A stretch of DNA of 19,915 nt from positions 1 to 19,915 of the forward strand of contig CBFFRP010000279.1 of NCBI GenBank assembly GCA_965644295.1, written 5' to 3'. This DNA is from Paraphysomonas bandaiensis (taxonomy: Eukaryota; Protista; Chrysophyceae). A model generated the notes under the pieces. The model made no database searches, had not been told where the DNA came from, and worked only from the letters and a program-made list of their open reading frames with translations. The translations under genes and the position numbers were made by a program. This document shows, piece by piece, positions 19,387 through 19,915 of the stretch; the stretch's first letter is position 1, and each line of letters opens with the position of its first letter.

Positions 19387-19439
19387 TTATTTCCCAAGTT
19401 AATTAGTGCTACCTATAATACTACGTTGCACTTATACAC

Positions 19440-19513
19440 CTTATAATGCTTGCGTTGACGCACAAGCAACTTTCGTAGCGTTAAGTAGTAGGTTATTATA
19501 GTATGCACTAGTT
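19440..19513 (+). repeat. Dispersed ~72-bp motif, copy 3 of 3, possibly within a solo LTR (~19382-19600)
   Basis: tgcttgcgttgacgcacaagcaactttcgtagcgttaagtagtaggttattatagtatgcactagtt. TGTT at 19382 coincides with the end of the LINE frame; AACA ends at 19594 and 19600. Confidence 0.75.
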
Positions 19514-19797
19514 ATGTTTTGCTAAATGCCTATCTAGCTTCTCTTATATGACTATCAAAATATTGATTGAAATATATTGTGAGCCACTTTAACAGAAACA
19601 ATATTGATGAAAATTTTGGCCGGTCGGCCAGTCAATATATTTTACAATGTATTCCAATTTATTGTACAGTGTATTGAAATTTAATATATTGTTTTCTAGC
19701 CCTGGTATGTATGTAGCTACTGAGCTGGTTAAGGCTCTCAAATGCATATTGCTAGTAAACTGACATTCCACACAACACATAGTAGTTACACACTACA

Positions 19798-19915
19798 TGT
19801 TGGAAATTGCTCATTCTTAACTAGATCTCAGAGAGAATTTGTCGTTAGTCTAGATAGATCAATTAATATCAATTACACTAAATGTGACAAACAACACAAA
19901 CTCATTTTGTTCTAC
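19798..19915 (-). mobile_element. LTR related to the copia A LTR (solo or 3' LTR); runs off the window
   Basis: Colinear with 18577-~18690 over ~115 nt with many substitutions (tgttgg.aa.tgctcatt, ctagatagat, attaatatc, aaacaacacaa.ctc.ttttgt). No PBS follows it. Confidence 0.8.

Overview
This is eukaryotic nuclear DNA, not prokaryotic. The TTAGGG-type repeat, (TATG)n microsatellite, copia/gypsy/LINE/Crypton remnants and eukaryote-type MATE gene suggest a protist, possibly a stramenopile (inference only). It holds one convincing host gene, an intronless MATE-family transporter (4047-5681, +), surrounded by transposon remnants. Left of it are a LINE-like fragment, a short interstitial telomeric array, a decayed Crypton-like tyrosine-recombinase transposon and a possible solo LTR. 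Right of it is a cleanly nested pair of DNA elements: a 190-bp TG..CA palindromic MITE with a 5-bp TSD, interrupted by a 1.8-kb Mutator-like element with a 9-bp TSD that carries a 28-bp minisatellite. Then follows a ~10-kb minus-strand stack: a decayed copia 3' half, an open gypsy RNase H-integrase-chromo 3' half, an open copia gag-protease-integrase 5' half, a LINE RNase H fragment and a related LTR. I see no clear new multi-gene system. The best leads are the Ginger-like MITE nest, a ~72-bp motif present in three diverged copies, uncharacterised domains after both integrases, Gag initiating inside the LTR, and TA-starting LTRs. All family calls come from motif recognition by eye, without database searches.
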